NCBI RefSeq assembly: GCF_009914755.1
Contig: NC_060936.1
Reading direction: 5' to 3' (one strand)
Source: the human T2T-CHM13v2.0 reference genome, Homo sapiens
Length of the DNA: 64,000 nucleotides
Positions 59,408-64,000 of the stretch are shown here, in pieces; within the stretch, counting starts at the first letter, position 1, and every line of letters starts with the position of its first letter. A program made the translations under genes and the position numbers. The notes beneath the pieces were generated by a model. It saw only the letters and a list, made by a program, of their open reading frames with translations. It had not been told where the DNA came from and made no database searches.

Positions 59408-59590
59408 CTCGCAGCGCAGGCCTAGGGCGGCGACGGGACGGGAGGCGCGAGGTTGCGGGGTGGCCCGGCCATGGTTCGGGACTGGCCCGGTGGCGGCGAC
59501 GGCGGCGGCAGCGCTTTGTCTCCTGGGCGGCCGGGCCGGCGCAGCCGCGGGAGAGCGCGGATCCGACGGAAGGAGGCGGGAGCAACCGGA
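59408..59590 (-). other. PHETA1: PHETA1 non-coding first exon (TSS approximate)
   Basis: Strong donor GCGAG|GTAAGG at 59408/59407 inside the CpG island; TATA-like TTAAAGGG ~25-30 nt upstream of the proposed start. Confidence 0.7.
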
Positions 59591-59759
59591 CAGTCCGCGA
59601 CCCACGGGCGCGCCCCTTTAACCCTTCCCAGCCTGCTCGCGCCGGGCCCGCCCCCGCGTTCTTCCCACCTCCCGATTGGCAGGCCCCGAACCGGCACGCC
59701 CCCGTGAGCCCGCCCTCGAAATCACTCTTAAAGGGTCCGCTCCTGGCTCGCGACTCCCC

Positions 59760-59816
59760 AGTTCCCTAGCCCAGAAAAGCGGATTGGAGCCCGGGAAGCT
59801 CATTGCGATTCCAAAG
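59760..59816 (+). ncRNA. Candidate first exon of a divergent lncRNA (possibly LINC02356, recalled not verified)
   Basis: TTAAAGGG at 59728 followed by strong donor AAG|GTAAGG at 59816/59817; no credible ORF. Confidence 0.4.
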
Positions 59817-60894
59817 GTAAGGACTGGCCCAGGTCGTGGATTAGCCTGCAAAAGCATTTGGGGGTCCTGGGCGGGCCATTCGCTGAAGTCCTAGGCTTAA
59901 GTCCGAACTCCCCCCAGGACGAGGCAGGAGGATTGCCTGAGCCTAGTAGTTCAAGACCAGCCTGGGCAGCAGAGGGAGACCACCATCTCTACAAATAATA
60001 AAAATATTTGCTAAACCTGGGTTGCCAGGTTTAGCAAATTTAATGCCCAGTTAAATTAGAAAAATAGCTCTAATTCCTGAAAAATGTGTGAGTGGCAGAA
60101 AAAACAGCTGAATCCAGGACATTTGCGTACAGCACTGTTCCATACGGACAGGGCGCCTCGCAAGCTTCCCCTGGCTCCAGGTGAAGAGAGGAAGTTCTGG
60201 AATTAGGCAGACTTGAGTTCGAGTCGCACTAGGCCACTGAACACTGTGTGAGCTTAGAGAAATCATTTCACTTCTCTAAGCCTCCGTTTCCTCATCCGGA
60301 AAATAAAGACCATCATGATATGTAAAGTGCACGGCACAACAGAAAGCTCTCAAGAAATAGGAATTGCTGTTGTTTTTGCCCTGCCCACCTCCTTGAACCC
60401 TTCCTTCCTGTTCCTGCCGCCTCTTCTCCACCACCCGCCACCTCCCAATCACTATTAAGTCCTGGCCTGAAAGCAGGAAGAACAGGACAGACCAGGGTCA
60501 GCTCTCCATTGTACAGCCTCTCACTAAGCGCCTACTGTGTGCCAGGCACTGTACCTGAACCAGGTAAGCAGGTGCAGCCAGGAATCAAGACAACACAAAT
60601 GAGTTCTGGAAGTGATTCATGCTAGGACTGTACGCTAAGGCAATGGGGCAGAAAGCCTGGGAGTGCAGTTTTTTTGTTTTTGTTTTTTGTTTTTTGTGTT
60701 TTTTTGTCACCCAGGTTGGGGTGCAGTGGCACAATCACAGCTCATTGTAACCTGAACTCCTGGGTTCAACCGAGCCTCCCACCTCAGCCTCCCAAGTAGT
60801 TGGGACTACAGGTGTGTACCACCACACCCGGCTAATTTTTTTTAATTTTTTGTAGAGATCGGGGGGGTCTTGCTATCTTGCCCAAGCTGGAAGT

Positions 60895-61745
<851 letters not shown>

Positions 61746-61757
61746 TTAATGGATATA

Positions 61758-64000
<2,243 letters not shown>

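Larger units (their letters stand above)
59200..59900. promoter_or_regulatory. CpG-island promoter of PHETA1, probably bidirectional
   Basis: Dense CpG, GC boxes (~59646, ~59706), CCAAT boxes (ATTGG 59675, 59783) and outward-facing splice donors on both strands. Confidence 0.85.

Noticed and set aside
58861-59769. 302-aa plus-strand ORF across the CpG island
   Set aside because: TTG start and low-complexity R/P/G content, expected from stop-codon scarcity in CpG islands.

Overview
Human (primate) genomic DNA, Alu-dense and GC-rich, recognisable from its proteins as the CUX2-PHETA1 interval of 12q24. The + strand carries the last eight coding exons of CUX2 (CUT repeats 1-3, homeodomain, C-terminus ending EALEWEF; 963 codons; all junctions GT-AG and phase-consistent) and a ~2.2 kb 3'UTR. 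The - strand carries the whole convergent PHETA1 (FAM109A/Ses1/IPIP27A) gene: one coding exon of 249 aa, two predicted 5'UTR exons and a CpG-island promoter that looks bidirectional. The rest is mostly Alu, L1, L2, MIR, LTR and DNA-transposon sequence. I found no convincing undescribed multi-gene system; nearly all other ORFs in the track are Alu-derived or GC-rich shadow ORFs. The best leads are: a ~1.76 kb, ~50-copy G-rich 35-bp minisatellite in a CUX2 intron that pairs forkhead and KLF/SP motifs in almost every unit; a MIR-derived, uORF-bearing PHETA1 leader exon; candidate short or truncated CUX2 isoforms (intronic TATA/GC-box element; sense LTR before the homeodomain exon); a tailless 5S retropseudogene; and several local duplications. 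Repeat subfamily names, exon numbers and reference comparisons are from memory and unverified.
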